A stretch of 64,000 nucleotides of DNA, taken from Oligoflexales bacterium (GTDB lineage Bacteria; Bdellovibrionota_B; Oligoflexia; Oligoflexales; Bog-1112). The notes under the pieces were generated by a model that worked only from the letters and a program-made list of their open reading frames with translations, searched no databases and had not been told where the DNA came from. Where the stretch lies: NCBI GenBank assembly GCA_045106415.1, contig JBGCEP010000004.1:38546-102545 (forward strand), read 5' to 3'. Positions 17,642 to 26,720 of this stretch are shown here, piece after piece (position 1 is the first letter of the stretch; each line of letters starts with the position of its first letter). A program made the translations under genes and the position numbers.

Positions 17642-19171
17642 TTAGGTCGTTGGTGACGCTGAAGTTTGTCTGCGGAAAATGTGAAGTATAGCTAGGGATG
17701 TTGTTGTGATGAGGGTGAAGCTTACTAGAGGGCTTAACTGGACGAAGTCGATAAGCAAATATGTTGAAATCGACATGATTGCTGTTGTGATGCAGTAGGG
17801 TAATTGAGTGACTACGTGATTCATATGATCGCAACCAGCGCCAGTTGAAGATAGTATCGAAGTGTCAGAAATAGGAGAACAGTGATCTCCAAAAACAGAT
17901 CCGCCTAAGACAGCAGCAATGCATAAGCTTAGAGCCTCTGGCGAAGAACCGTTCATTTGGGCAATAATTGGCAATAAAATAGAAAATGTCGCCCAGCTTG
18001 TGCCTGTTGTAAAAGAAAGCAGTCCGGCAAGTAGAAAGCTGACCAATGGAAGGCGTGAGATCGGAACATTTGCTTGGGTGAGCTGTTCGACTATGAACTC
18101 ACCTGTTTTTAATTCTCCTATGACAGAGGCTAATCCCCATGCAAGAAATAAAATTGTCATAGCTGGGGCCATGGTTTTGAAGCCTATGACTGCTGCCGGA
18201 AGCAATGTCCCTTGGCGTCGAGGAAGCTTCACTACTGTGATCGTAAGCGCAGAAAGCGCCCCGAACCACAAAGAAGGGCCGATTTCCATATAACGTACAA
18301 AATCCATAGCCGTGGCTGTGGCAGGTATTTTAAAATAGGCAGATAGGAACATTCCCCCAAGAGTTGCGGCTAAAAGTGTTCCCATAGCCCATAAGGGAGT
18401 GTGATAGGTCGTCGTGTTTTCAGAGTATTCTGTATGTGCAATTGTGACATTGAGCTCTTTTTCACTTTTTGCCATTGCTTTAAAATTGAAGTCGGTGATA
18501 GCAACATAGAAGACAGCGCCAATTGTGAATAAAGAGTAAAAGTTTAGAAAAATAGATTCTAAGAAAAGACTAAGGCCATCAGTAGATAGGTTTTCGTTAC
18601 GTGCAATTCCGTCAAGAATAGCAATGATCGTCGCTCCCCAGCTTGAAATTGGCGCTAAAATGCATACTGGGCCAGCTGTTGAATCGAGAAAGTACGCAAG
18701 TTTTTCGCGAGAAATTTTTGAACGATCTGCCAACGGCCTTGATACCGTGCCAACAGCAAGAGTGTTGAAGTAATCATCAATGAAAACAGCAAGACCTAAG
18801 CAGATAATTGTAAGTTGAGTTTTTATTTTTGAAGTTTTATGCCTCATAAACTGCAAGCTAAGTTGTTCCATTCCACCAGAGGTAATGAGCAGGTGAATTA
18901 AAATGCCTAAAAACCAAAGAAACCCGAATAATGATATGTGGTCGATATCTAAACCGTGGCTGCTTTCATATAGAACGGAAAGAAGGCTTTTATAGAGATG
19001 TGGAATCATCGCTAAAAGCTGACCGTCAACAGCAAGAAAACTACCGGTTAAGAGACCTAGGAAAAGAGCACCTATGGCATGGCGTGTGGCTAAAGCTGCT
19101 GTGATTGTGACAAGGGGTGGAAGGATAGCGAGCCAATCAGGAAAATGTGTTGCGGTCATAGAGGTACTCAC
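17642..19171 (-). CDS. NhaC-family Na+/H+ antiporter-like membrane transporter
   Basis: 509 aa polytopic membrane protein. N-terminus DWLAILPPLVTITAALATRHAIGALFLGLLTGSFLAV and the overall layout resemble NhaC-type transporters. This is a family-level call only. Confidence 0.55.
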   Translation of the reverse strand: MSTSMTATHFPDWLAILPPLVTITAALATRHAIGALFLGLLTGSFLAVDGQLLAMIPHLYKSLLSVLYESSHGLDIDHISLFGFLWFLGILIHLLITSGGMEQLSLQFMRHKTSKIKTQLTIICLGLAVFIDDYFNTLAVGTVSRPLADRSKISREKLAYFLDSTAGPVCILAPISSWGATIIAILDGIARNENLSTDGLSLFLESIFLNFYSLFTIGAVFYVAITDFNFKAMAKSEKELNVTIAHTEYSENTTTYHTPLWAMGTLLAATLGGMFLSAYFKIPATATAMDFVRYMEIGPSLWFGALSALTITVVKLPRRQGTLLPAAVIGFKTMAPAMTILFLAWGLASVIGELKTGEFIVEQLTQANVPISRLPLVSFLLAGLLSFTTGTSWATFSILLPIIAQMNGSSPEALSLCIAAVLGGSVFGDHCSPISDTSILSSTGAGCDHMNHVVTQLPYCITTAIMSISTYLLIDFVQLSPLVSFTLITTTSLAILHIFRRQTSASPTT

Positions 19172-19268
19172 AGAGCTGAAAAGGTTAAAACCGGCTACGC
19201 CGATGCTCAGTTCTACAGGATCGTGTCAGAGTAAGCAATCTTATGCGTAAGCGGCATAATCTAATTTA

Positions 19269-19928
19269 TTAAGATGATTGGTTTTGGTGTAAAAGAAGTT
19301 GAAGCTGCTCAATTTCTAATGGCGACAGTTGCTGATGATTCTCTTCTTGTGCTTGGAAGTGAGGTTTTAAGAGGTATAAATAGACAATGCTCCAAAACTG
19401 GTTGAGCCATAATGCGTTGTCGTAAAAATTATGAGTGTCGTAATATTCGGTGCGGTGGCGTGTGGAAATATTCCAGTATTCAACATCCCAAAAAAGTAAA
19501 CTTCCTGCGCCTAGAGCTGCTGTCAGCAAGGTTGGAATCATCACAGGGTGCTCACGAAAAAGTAAAGCGTAATTGATAGCGGAGGCGCCAAGATATAAAG
19601 CAGGGGTGCCACCACACCACCAGCGTTCACAGTTGTAGATATTAAGAACCTCTAGGTGTTGGAGAAGAAAAGCTAATGAGTTGAGTGAGAGCTGAATGTG
19701 TTGACCCACGCGAGAAGAAGTGAGCCTTTGAGAAGGTTCGTTATCTTCAGTGAATGGTGTCTGAATTTCTCGTGGAGTTTGAATAGAAATTGAGACAATT
19801 TCGCTGTCTGAGTTGGAAATTCGTGTGTGGTGAGAGTTCCTTGGAGCACTGTAAAGTGGCAAAATAATAAGGCTCGACAATAATGAGACTTTTAAAAATT
19901 GAATAGTTTTATTGCAAGAAAAGGTCAT
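19269..19928 (-). CDS. hypothetical membrane protein
   Basis: Signal/anchor LKVSLLSSLIILPLYSA plus central hydrophobic segments (ALYLGASAINYALLF, IPTLLTAALGAGSLLFW). No recognisable family. Divergent from the large lipoprotein gene. Confidence 0.5.
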   Translation of the reverse strand: MTFSCNKTIQFLKVSLLSSLIILPLYSAPRNSHHTRISNSDSEIVSISIQTPREIQTPFTEDNEPSQRLTSSRVGQHIQLSLNSLAFLLQHLEVLNIYNCERWWCGGTPALYLGASAINYALLFREHPVMIPTLLTAALGAGSLLFWDVEYWNISTRHRTEYYDTHNFYDNALWLNQFWSIVYLYLLKPHFQAQEENHQQLSPLEIEQLQLLLHQNQSS

Positions 19929-20139
19929 AAAGTTCCCTGGTGTTCAAATAACTTTGATTTTATAGATCAGAAAAAGAATTGTATCAAGCGTGGGTTTGTG
20001 TTCTTGGCTTTTTTGGACATGTCTGAGTAGCAGAGAAAAGTAGTCTTTTTGTGTCTTTTAAATTTTTTATTTAAGGTTTTTGTATTGCATGACGATAAGT
20101 GCGGTGAGTTTAGCGGAGAAAAAATTGCTTTATACACGC

Positions 20140-23040
20140 ATGTGGATCCTCCAGTTTTTGATGTTGATTTTTGTTTTGGGGTCTTGCCGATCTGAGTCAA
20201 ATAAATCATCCGCCGGAAGTTCAGCGGATGTTGGCATATCGACCCCTTATTGGCTTGTTGAAACATGCGATGTGGATACTGAGTTATGTTTTACGGAGAT
20301 ATCATTTGATTCAAATTTTGGAGGTTATTCCTTAGAGGGCAGTGAAAATGTTGAGGTGTCTATTGAGGAGTGTGAAATTGTGGGCCCGGTTCCGGCCCCA
20401 TCACAAAGTGTTTGTCGTAAAATGGCTGAGGACGAAATAGCTGATCGTCTCCCCAAAGAGATAGCATCTTTTGAACAGTTATCAGCAAAAGAACCTTTGC
20501 AGCTAGCAATTGAAAGCCATGGTCAAGCTGCTTATTTAGCTGTGTCAGAGTGGAGTCAATGTCGTTTTGACCCTAGTTATCGAAGCCTGTTGGATCTTGA
20601 TTTGCAGCAGGATTTAGAGTCGGAATTGAGTCTTGTGCAGCAAGAAATTCAAAACCCACTAGAGTTTTACCGTAATTTTTATGAAGGGGATGTTGGCCTT
20701 GCGAAGCTAGTTCTTCTTTTAGATAAAAGCGGTAGTATTGCTGATGCTGAAGGTCTTGATGCTCTTTTAAAAAAAGCTGGTTTTGGTAAAGAAAAAGTCG
20801 ATATTGATGTTGAAATGTTTCGGAGTAAGTTAAATTTTGATGTGATCGACTTTAGTGATAAAGGTTCTTTTTTTCTTTCTCTTTCACGTTTATCTCCAAC
20901 CGGTAGTTTTGCACGTGAAATTTTTACGGCTGCATCTCATTTAAGCGGTATCACTAAGTCGGGTAAGAACTTTTTTGAAACTGTAGACAAAGAACTTTTG
21001 AACACAGAAGAAGAAATTTTAGATGCAACTTTGTCAAAAAAAGAAAAACTGCACAGAGTAATGGAAAAGACTTTAGTGATGACAGCTGTGGCTTTAGATC
21101 TCGCCTCAGCAAATTTAAAAGGAGCGGCGATTGTTGATGACGAAAAGTCATCAGATCTAAAAGATAAGGCTGAGTCGACTGAGCAACAAGCTCAGGGAGC
21201 TCGATATGTAAAATGGGTTAAAGACCGAGTGAAGTCTGGCGGGGCTGATTTTAAAAAAGAACTTTTACTTGCTTCACAAAGAGTTGTTGATCATGGCTTT
21301 GATGCTGCTGTGGATATAGAGTCTGGAGGTGCAAGAAAAGTTGGTGTTCGTCCTTCACAAGCAAAACATGATCATGTTGAAAGTTTTGGTGAATTATTTG
21401 AGCAAACGTTTAAGGTTCGACAAGAAAGTGTGGCTCGGCATGATGTTTCTATTTCTTCTGTTTTAACTCGAGGGGCTGCATCTGCTGTTTATGGTGATCC
21501 TTTTGCTATGGTCTATGGTGCGTTTGAGGGTGCAGCTGTTGTTAATGGCACAATAAAGTATGCGAGAAACCGAGATACGATGGTCTTAAAGGTGAAGCAA
21601 GGCGAAAAAGAGTTAGCTTTACGTTATCCTTTTGAAAGGACAAAAGACTTTGTTGTGACCGCAGAAGAGCATAAACGCCTTAAAGATGCATATGATTGGC
21701 GTAAACTTCATCGTGTTGAAGGGGTTAGTTTTGATAAAGTGAAAGAAGGTTTGAAGAAATATTCAAAAGCTCGACAAGATCATCATATTCTCGATGCTCT
21801 CAATGTTGCTAGCTATAGTGAAAGAGTAGACAAGGCCACTGAAAGTGTGATGAAACTTCGTAAGAAGAAAGACAATGAAAACGCCGATGACTATGATAAA
21901 GATTATGACTCTGTGTCACGCTCTTTAGTCGATATTGCCGAAGCAGCGGATTCTGATATTACGGATATTATGAATGATGAGGGGGAGTCGAAAAGTTTCC
22001 AGGCGAAATTTTACACTGCAAATCACATTCAGAAAAATTTGATAGAGACAGTGTCTGATCATAAAGCTTTAGAAGATTTTGTAAAGCTTAAAGAGTCAAT
22101 GAGGAAAAACCGTAAAGTTCCAGAAGGAAGTGAAGAAAAAATTGATGGGTTTCTTGCTGACTCAGAAAAATACCTTGCCCAAAAAGGCATAGATCGTGAG
22201 GAGGTTGTGGATTTTCATAAGCTTTATAGTTTAGTTGAAAAAGACTCTTCAAAGCTTAAAAATGTTGATTTTGCAGATCCTGCATTTAAAAATTTAAGAA
22301 CAGTCCGTGACCGTTTTTCAGAAACAACAGCTCTACAAAAATCAAACTGCAGTGGCACAATCTGTGCTGCTGTGATCGAAGCTGCAATCACTGAGAAAAA
22401 AAATTCGAATGAATTAAAAAATATGGTTAAAACTCTAGAGAAAGATTTCTCTGGTCCAGCCAAGACGCCAGGTCCTTCTAAAATAAGAAAAAGTCTTGCG
22501 AAACATGGCGTTGGGCAAGAAGTTGAATCAGAACAGCCAGAAAGATTGAAGAAACAAGATAGAGGAGACTATGAATTTGCTGTAAGTCGTCGAGCTAATA
22601 TTACAGTCCGAATGAATTTAAAGGGTCTTTTGGAAGCGAAAGATAAATTCTCAAGTAAGAAAAGAGCGCTTGCGAAAAAGATGTCTCTTTCTTATAAACG
22701 AAAAAAAGAAGACAAAAAAAAGAGAATCTCTTTAAAAAGTGAAAAATTAAAAGAAAATATGAAGAGTGATGTAGCAAAGAAAGAGGCTAAGAAAAAAGAA
22801 GAGAAACAAAAAGAGGCTAAGAAGAAAAAAGAAGAGAAAAAGAAAGAGGCTAAGAAAAAATCTGCAAAGAAAAAAAGTACAAAGCTAGCGCTATCTTTAT
22901 CGGAAGATGGTTTGAGTCAAGAAGAGGATCTTCATAACTGTGCTGAGCCATCTCTTTTTTATTACCTTGTTGTGATGCAGACGACTCTGTCGGAGATTCA
23001 ATCGCAGAGGTCCTTTCTCAATTTGATAGAGTCACCATGA
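20140..23040 (+). CDS. large hypothetical lipoprotein with Lys/Glu-rich repetitive C-terminal region
   Basis: An in-frame ATG at 20140 gives MWILQFLMLIFVLGSC, a lipobox-like signal. It encodes ~966 aa without recognisable catalytic motifs. The tail contains KKEAKKKEEKQKEAKKKKEEKKKEAKKKSAKKK. Confidence 0.65.
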   Translation: MWILQFLMLIFVLGSCRSESNKSSAGSSADVGISTPYWLVETCDVDTELCFTEISFDSNFGGYSLEGSENVEVSIEECEIVGPVPAPSQSVCRKMAEDEIADRLPKEIASFEQLSAKEPLQLAIESHGQAAYLAVSEWSQCRFDPSYRSLLDLDLQQDLESELSLVQQEIQNPLEFYRNFYEGDVGLAKLVLLLDKSGSIADAEGLDALLKKAGFGKEKVDIDVEMFRSKLNFDVIDFSDKGSFFLSLSRLSPTGSFAREIFTAASHLSGITKSGKNFFETVDKELLNTEEEILDATLSKKEKLHRVMEKTLVMTAVALDLASANLKGAAIVDDEKSSDLKDKAESTEQQAQGARYVKWVKDRVKSGGADFKKELLLASQRVVDHGFDAAVDIESGGARKVGVRPSQAKHDHVESFGELFEQTFKVRQESVARHDVSISSVLTRGAASAVYGDPFAMVYGAFEGAAVVNGTIKYARNRDTMVLKVKQGEKELALRYPFERTKDFVVTAEEHKRLKDAYDWRKLHRVEGVSFDKVKEGLKKYSKARQDHHILDALNVASYSERVDKATESVMKLRKKKDNENADDYDKDYDSVSRSLVDIAEAADSDITDIMNDEGESKSFQAKFYTANHIQKNLIETVSDHKALEDFVKLKESMRKNRKVPEGSEEKIDGFLADSEKYLAQKGIDREEVVDFHKLYSLVEKDSSKLKNVDFADPAFKNLRTVRDRFSETTALQKSNCSGTICAAVIEAAITEKKNSNELKNMVKTLEKDFSGPAKTPGPSKIRKSLAKHGVGQEVESEQPERLKKQDRGDYEFAVSRRANITVRMNLKGLLEAKDKFSSKKRALAKKMSLSYKRKKEDKKKRISLKSEKLKENMKSDVAKKEAKKKEEKQKEAKKKKEEKKKEAKKKSAKKKSTKLALSLSEDGLSQEEDLHNCAEPSLFYYLVVMQTTLSEIQSQRSFLNLIESP
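22780..22856 (+). repeat. in-frame tandem repeat encoding KEAKKK units
   Basis: AAAGAGGCTAAGAA occurs at 22780, 22810 and 22843 (spacing 30 and 33 nt) inside a purine-rich tract of the large lipoprotein gene. Confidence 0.75.
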
Positions 23041-23105
23041 GTTTTGATTGACGAGTTGGTTTTCTGTGTTCTATAACTGAGCCAACTTGAGCAAAAGAGA
23101 ATTTT

Positions 23106-23900
23106 ATGGATAAGATTTTAGCCTGTGTCGTATGTTACGTGCTTTTTGGGGTCGTATACGGAAATGATCTAAACCTTTTAATGGTTGAGCGTTATGGCGA
23201 GAACCCTGATGCTTATATGAAAACGGAGAGGATTTTAAAATGGTTGCAACCGCAGGTAAGTTATCAAATTCCTTCGATGGAAAAAGATGAAAAACAAAAT
23301 GTTGTTATGTCAGCGCTTTGTTCCTCTCAAAAGCCTCCAATGCTTAAAGTAGAAGCTCAATGGAATAAAGAGGAATCTATTCAAAGAGAGGACGCAAGTA
23401 TTTTAGGCGGGTTTGGGACTTTAATTGTCGATAATGAGAAAGATTTCTGTATTCCTGTTGCGCCATCTCAGAAAAGTTTTTTTGCCTATTATGGAGCGTA
23501 TCTGATTCCTTATGATAATGTTGTCCAGTTTGAGTCAGACTCCCCTCTTCCCCTTACCGAGATGCGGATCGGACCTTTGTATGCAGAACAGTATTTAATG
23601 GATGAGCAGTTAGGGGGAGGTTTTTATCTTGAAACACATGATCGTCCTCATTTTCATATGCCATTAAATGTTGAAGCATCTGGCTACTTGATATTAGGAA
23701 AGATGAACGGTAGGTATTTAGAGGTTTCGGCATTTTCAATTCCATATGGCTACAGTGTTTATACTCCTCCTGAAGTGATTCATAATGATGGTTTTTTAGT
23801 TGGCCATTATAAGGTCGTGTATTCAGTGACTGAGCATTATTCAACAGTGCTTTTGCAGAATCAAACAGGACAGATGCTTCCAGTTTCAATTGAAAAGTGA
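23106..23900 (+). CDS. hypothetical secreted protein (C-terminal half possibly cupin-like)
   Basis: Signal-like N-terminus MDKILACVVCYVLFGVVYG. The C-terminal segment LETHDRPHFHMPLNVEASGYLILGK...AFSIPYGYSVYTPPEVIHNDG loosely resembles ureidoglycolate-lyase/cupin strands. Weak call. Confidence 0.45.
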   Translation: MDKILACVVCYVLFGVVYGNDLNLLMVERYGENPDAYMKTERILKWLQPQVSYQIPSMEKDEKQNVVMSALCSSQKPPMLKVEAQWNKEESIQREDASILGGFGTLIVDNEKDFCIPVAPSQKSFFAYYGAYLIPYDNVVQFESDSPLPLTEMRIGPLYAEQYLMDEQLGGGFYLETHDRPHFHMPLNVEASGYLILGKMNGRYLEVSAFSIPYGYSVYTPPEVIHNDGFLVGHYKVVYSVTEHYSTVLLQNQTGQMLPVSIEK

Positions 23901-23986
23901 TGCGTAGATTTTAAATATGATAGATCTGATTATTTATGGATTTGATATATAAATATTCTTATGATTTTTCATCTGAAATTAATTTT

Positions 23987-24751
23987 TTAAAACTTTATAA
24001 AAAAGCACTCTCGTACTGAGTAAGGTGTGTTGCGTCTTGATTTTTGAGTTCCTAGAGGCATGAAAGAAGTTGTGACAGGAGAGTGATACGTTTTGAATAA
24101 ATGATCCCAAAGTGAGATGGAGAAGCTGAAGTTTGAATCGGTCATTTTTATAGGAATGGAATGATGAATCCGATGCATGCAGGGGGTCACAAGTATTTTT
24201 TGTAAAGGGTAGTCCCAACGGCCAATTGAAATATTACTGTGTTGAAAAATAGCTGCGCTACTTAAAATAACCTCTGCGATAAAAATACCTAAAGGGTGTG
24301 CACCGAGGCATAAAACTGCAGCAGATTTGATCAGAGTTGAGAGGATCATTTCAATCGGATGAAATCGAATTCCACTTGAAAGGTCGAGGTCTTGATCTTC
24401 GTGGTGAACTCTGTGCCATGTCCATAACCATGGTATTTTATGAAAAAAACGATGCTGCCAGTAAATGATGAAATCAAGAGATATGACTGTGATTATAATT
24501 GCCAACACTTCTGGAAACTGAATGTTTTTTAAAATTCCAAAAGAGTTGTAAGAACTCTGAGCTAATAGAAATGGCGGTAACAATGGTAAGAGTTGAGCGA
24601 TTGTGCTATTGCAGGTGGCAAGTGATAGGTTTACAAACCAGCGTAGACTTCGAGGTTGTGTACTTGGGTAAGCGGGTTTGATGTTCTCCCAGATAGAAAA
24701 GGCGCAGCATAAAATTAAAAAAATAAAAATTTTAGTATGAATATAGATCAC
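23987..24751 (-). CDS. fatty acid hydroxylase / sterol desaturase family membrane protein
   Basis: Histidine boxes HRFFH, HRVHHEDQD and HRIHHS in a polytopic membrane protein. GTG start at 24751. Confidence 0.75.
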   Translation of the reverse strand: MIYIHTKIFIFLILCCAFSIWENIKPAYPSTQPRSLRWFVNLSLATCNSTIAQLLPLLPPFLLAQSSYNSFGILKNIQFPEVLAIIITVISLDFIIYWQHRFFHKIPWLWTWHRVHHEDQDLDLSSGIRFHPIEMILSTLIKSAAVLCLGAHPLGIFIAEVILSSAAIFQHSNISIGRWDYPLQKILVTPCMHRIHHSIPIKMTDSNFSFSISLWDHLFKTYHSPVTTSFMPLGTQKSRRNTPYSVRECFFIKF

Positions 24752-24760
24752 AATGCTCTC

Positions 24761-24798
24761 ATTAATAAAAAAAGAGGTATTGATATCAATACCTCTTT
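24761..24798 (-). terminator. rho-independent terminator of fliC
   Basis: 28-bp perfect palindrome AAAGAGGTATTGATATCAATACCTCTTT (24771-24798), 20 nt after the fliC stop. On the minus strand it is followed by TTTTATTAAT. Confidence 0.75.
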
Positions 24799-24817
24799 GA
24801 CTATAATTTATGAAACC

Positions 24818-25663
24818 TTACTGATTTTGAAGTAAGCTTAATGCCATTCTTGGGACGTTATTTGCTTGTGCTAGTACTGAAACACCTGCCTGCATAAGGA
24901 TAGAGTGTTTTGTTAGAGAGGCGGTTTCGTCTGCAACGTCAACATCTTTAATTCGTGATCTTGCCGCAGAAAGATTTTCAACGGAAATAGCAATGTTTTT
25001 GACTGTTGAGGTGAGTCTGTTTTCTAAGGCACCTAACTCACCTCGGATAGAGGCAACTTCATCAACAGCTCGTCCAATGAGCTCTAAGCTTCTTTGTGAT
25101 GAAAATTTATCTCCAATACCAACATCTTCAAGTCCGAGCTTGTCGACGTTGACATCCAGTTTAAAAGCGTTGAAAGAGATTCTGTCAACACCTAAAAGAT
25201 TTGAGCCACCTGTGTTTACTTGAAAATCTAAAGATCCACCGGTGCCATCTAAAAGAACTGTTCCGTTAAATTCAGTGGAGTTTGCGATTCGATCAAGCTC
25301 CTCTTTTAAGGATTGGTACTCTTCGTTGAGATAACGCCGTTCTTTTTGTCCAATTGTATCACTGGCTGCTTGCACACCAAGCTCACGGAGTCGAACAAGG
25401 ATGTTTTGAACTTCATTCAAACCACCTTCTGCGACCTGAATCAGAGAGACTCCGTCAGAAGCATTACGTTGCGCCTGGACGAGTCCACGAGTTCGTGCCC
25501 GTAACTTCTCTGAGATCGCAAGTCCAGCAGCATCATCACCAGCGCGATTGATGCGATATCCACTGGATAATCTCTCAAGAGATTTATCAAGAAGTCGTCG
25601 AGTATTGCGCAAGTGTCGCTGCGCGGTAAGGGACGAGACGTTTGTCGCAATGCGAAGTCCCAT
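24818..25663 (-). CDS. fliC: flagellin
   Basis: N-terminus MGLRIATNVSSLTAQRHLRNT...LERLSSGYRINRAGDDAAGLAISEKLRA. C-terminus ARSRIKDVDVADETASLTKHSILMQAGVSVLAQANNVPRMALSLLQ. Confidence 0.95.
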   Translation of the reverse strand: MGLRIATNVSSLTAQRHLRNTRRLLDKSLERLSSGYRINRAGDDAAGLAISEKLRARTRGLVQAQRNASDGVSLIQVAEGGLNEVQNILVRLRELGVQAASDTIGQKERRYLNEEYQSLKEELDRIANSTEFNGTVLLDGTGGSLDFQVNTGGSNLLGVDRISFNAFKLDVNVDKLGLEDVGIGDKFSSQRSLELIGRAVDEVASIRGELGALENRLTSTVKNIAISVENLSAARSRIKDVDVADETASLTKHSILMQAGVSVLAQANNVPRMALSLLQNQ

Positions 25664-25829
25664 TCATGGCCTCCCCGGGGTCTGTTCAAACTAAATCAGA
25701 AATACATATATGGCTTGATCTTAACATGAAACTGCTGTGCGTTTAGGAGCTTGAGTTGGAAAGCTTGAAGAATCTTGGAAAGATATTGAATTCTGGAGTG
25801 TTATGGAACACGGCAAAAACAGCCCTTTC

Positions 25830-26720
25830 TTAGAACTCGGATGTTTTTGCCGGTGTTGATTCTATTTTTTTAGATTTTGTGATGGCAACAGGACTTTTTG
25901 CTTGGTTTTGAAAAGGCTGTATGGGTTTTATGTCACTGTATATCCAGTAACCATTAGAGCTATGAACCCAAACGTGTGAGGGGTGTTTGCTTTTGTAAAT
26001 GAGAAGTTCTTGGGAATGACCATCCATATTGTGGGTTGTTATCTGGGCGATGAGGTCTTTAAGAGAGTGCTGTGGGGGCTGAGGCTGAATGCTGGCAATG
26101 TGCCATTTTAAAAGAGGCTTTAAATCGATCGGTTTTTGTTTGTCATTAAGCCAGAGCATGTTCTCTTTAATGAAGTCATGGTGGTTTATTTTTATATTTT
26201 TTAAGTTGCCTGTGATGATGTGTTCTTCTGGATATTTTTTGTGACTGTGAATGATTTTTTTGAAGGAATCTCGTGAAACAAGCCATATTTTTTTCTGAAA
26301 AAGGATATATTGTTCAGAGCGACCATAGCCTTTACGGCCAAGTGTCAGAGTGTAGGTGTGTCCTTCGGCATTAGTGATATTGATATGATCTTGTGTGGTA
26401 TCTAGATTATAGCGAGCAACTTTCTCTGGGGTTGCTAGGCCAAGGTTTCTTAGAGGGGTTAAATGAGAAAAAGCATCGATGATTGCATTAAATTTGTAGG
26501 ATGTAAGGAAGAACTTGGACTCTTGAGAACTCTTTTTTGTATGAGTTCCAACCCAGCGCCCTTTCTGAAGGTTGAGAGTTGTTGTCTCTTCGCTTTCAAT
26601 CATAGTGATATTCTGAATGGATTCAAATTCAAAATGATTTGAATCGTGAGCCTCGTTGTGTAGAGTGAGCCCTATTGCAGTCATAAGAGCAATAAAAGCT
26701 ACAGTAAGTTGTGCTTTCAT
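25830..26720 (-). CDS. DUF4340-like protein, last gene of the gldAFG-like cluster
   Basis: N-terminal anchor, then AIIDAFSHLTPLRNLGLATPEKVARYNLDTTQDHINITNAEGHTYTLTLGRKG...YILFQKKIWLVS, which follows the DUF4340 pattern. Its start overlaps the upstream gene's stop by 4 nt (ATGA, 26717-26720). Confidence 0.5.
   Translation of the reverse strand: MKAQLTVAFIALMTAIGLTLHNEAHDSNHFEFESIQNITMIESEETTTLNLQKGRWVGTHTKKSSQESKFFLTSYKFNAIIDAFSHLTPLRNLGLATPEKVARYNLDTTQDHINITNAEGHTYTLTLGRKGYGRSEQYILFQKKIWLVSRDSFKKIIHSHKKYPEEHIITGNLKNIKINHHDFIKENMLWLNDKQKPIDLKPLLKWHIASIQPQPPQHSLKDLIAQITTHNMDGHSQELLIYKSKHPSHVWVHSSNGYWIYSDIKPIQPFQNQAKSPVAITKSKKIESTPAKTSEF

Noticed and set aside
19967-20266. 99 aa minus-strand ORF in and around the 19929-20139 intergenic region
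   Set aside because: Its translation is low-complexity and Lys-rich. It overlaps the signal-peptide region of the large lipoprotein gene on the other strand. It has no SD and no motif.
20700-20730. DxSGS (LLLDKSGSI) in the large lipoprotein as a vWA MIDAS motif
   Set aside because: It is an isolated pentapeptide. The surrounding sequence does not follow the vWA strand/helix pattern, and I could not place the distal MIDAS Thr or Asp. It is likely coincidence.
25664-25829. Search for a sigma-28 promoter upstream of fliC
   Set aside because: No GCCGAT-type -10 element with a TAAA-type -35 at the right spacing was found. The nearest candidates, GCCGTGTT and GCCATATA, are poor. I could not define the flagellin promoter from sequence alone. 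Similarly, the GCCGATCC at 56172-56179 upstream of motA lacks a -35 element.
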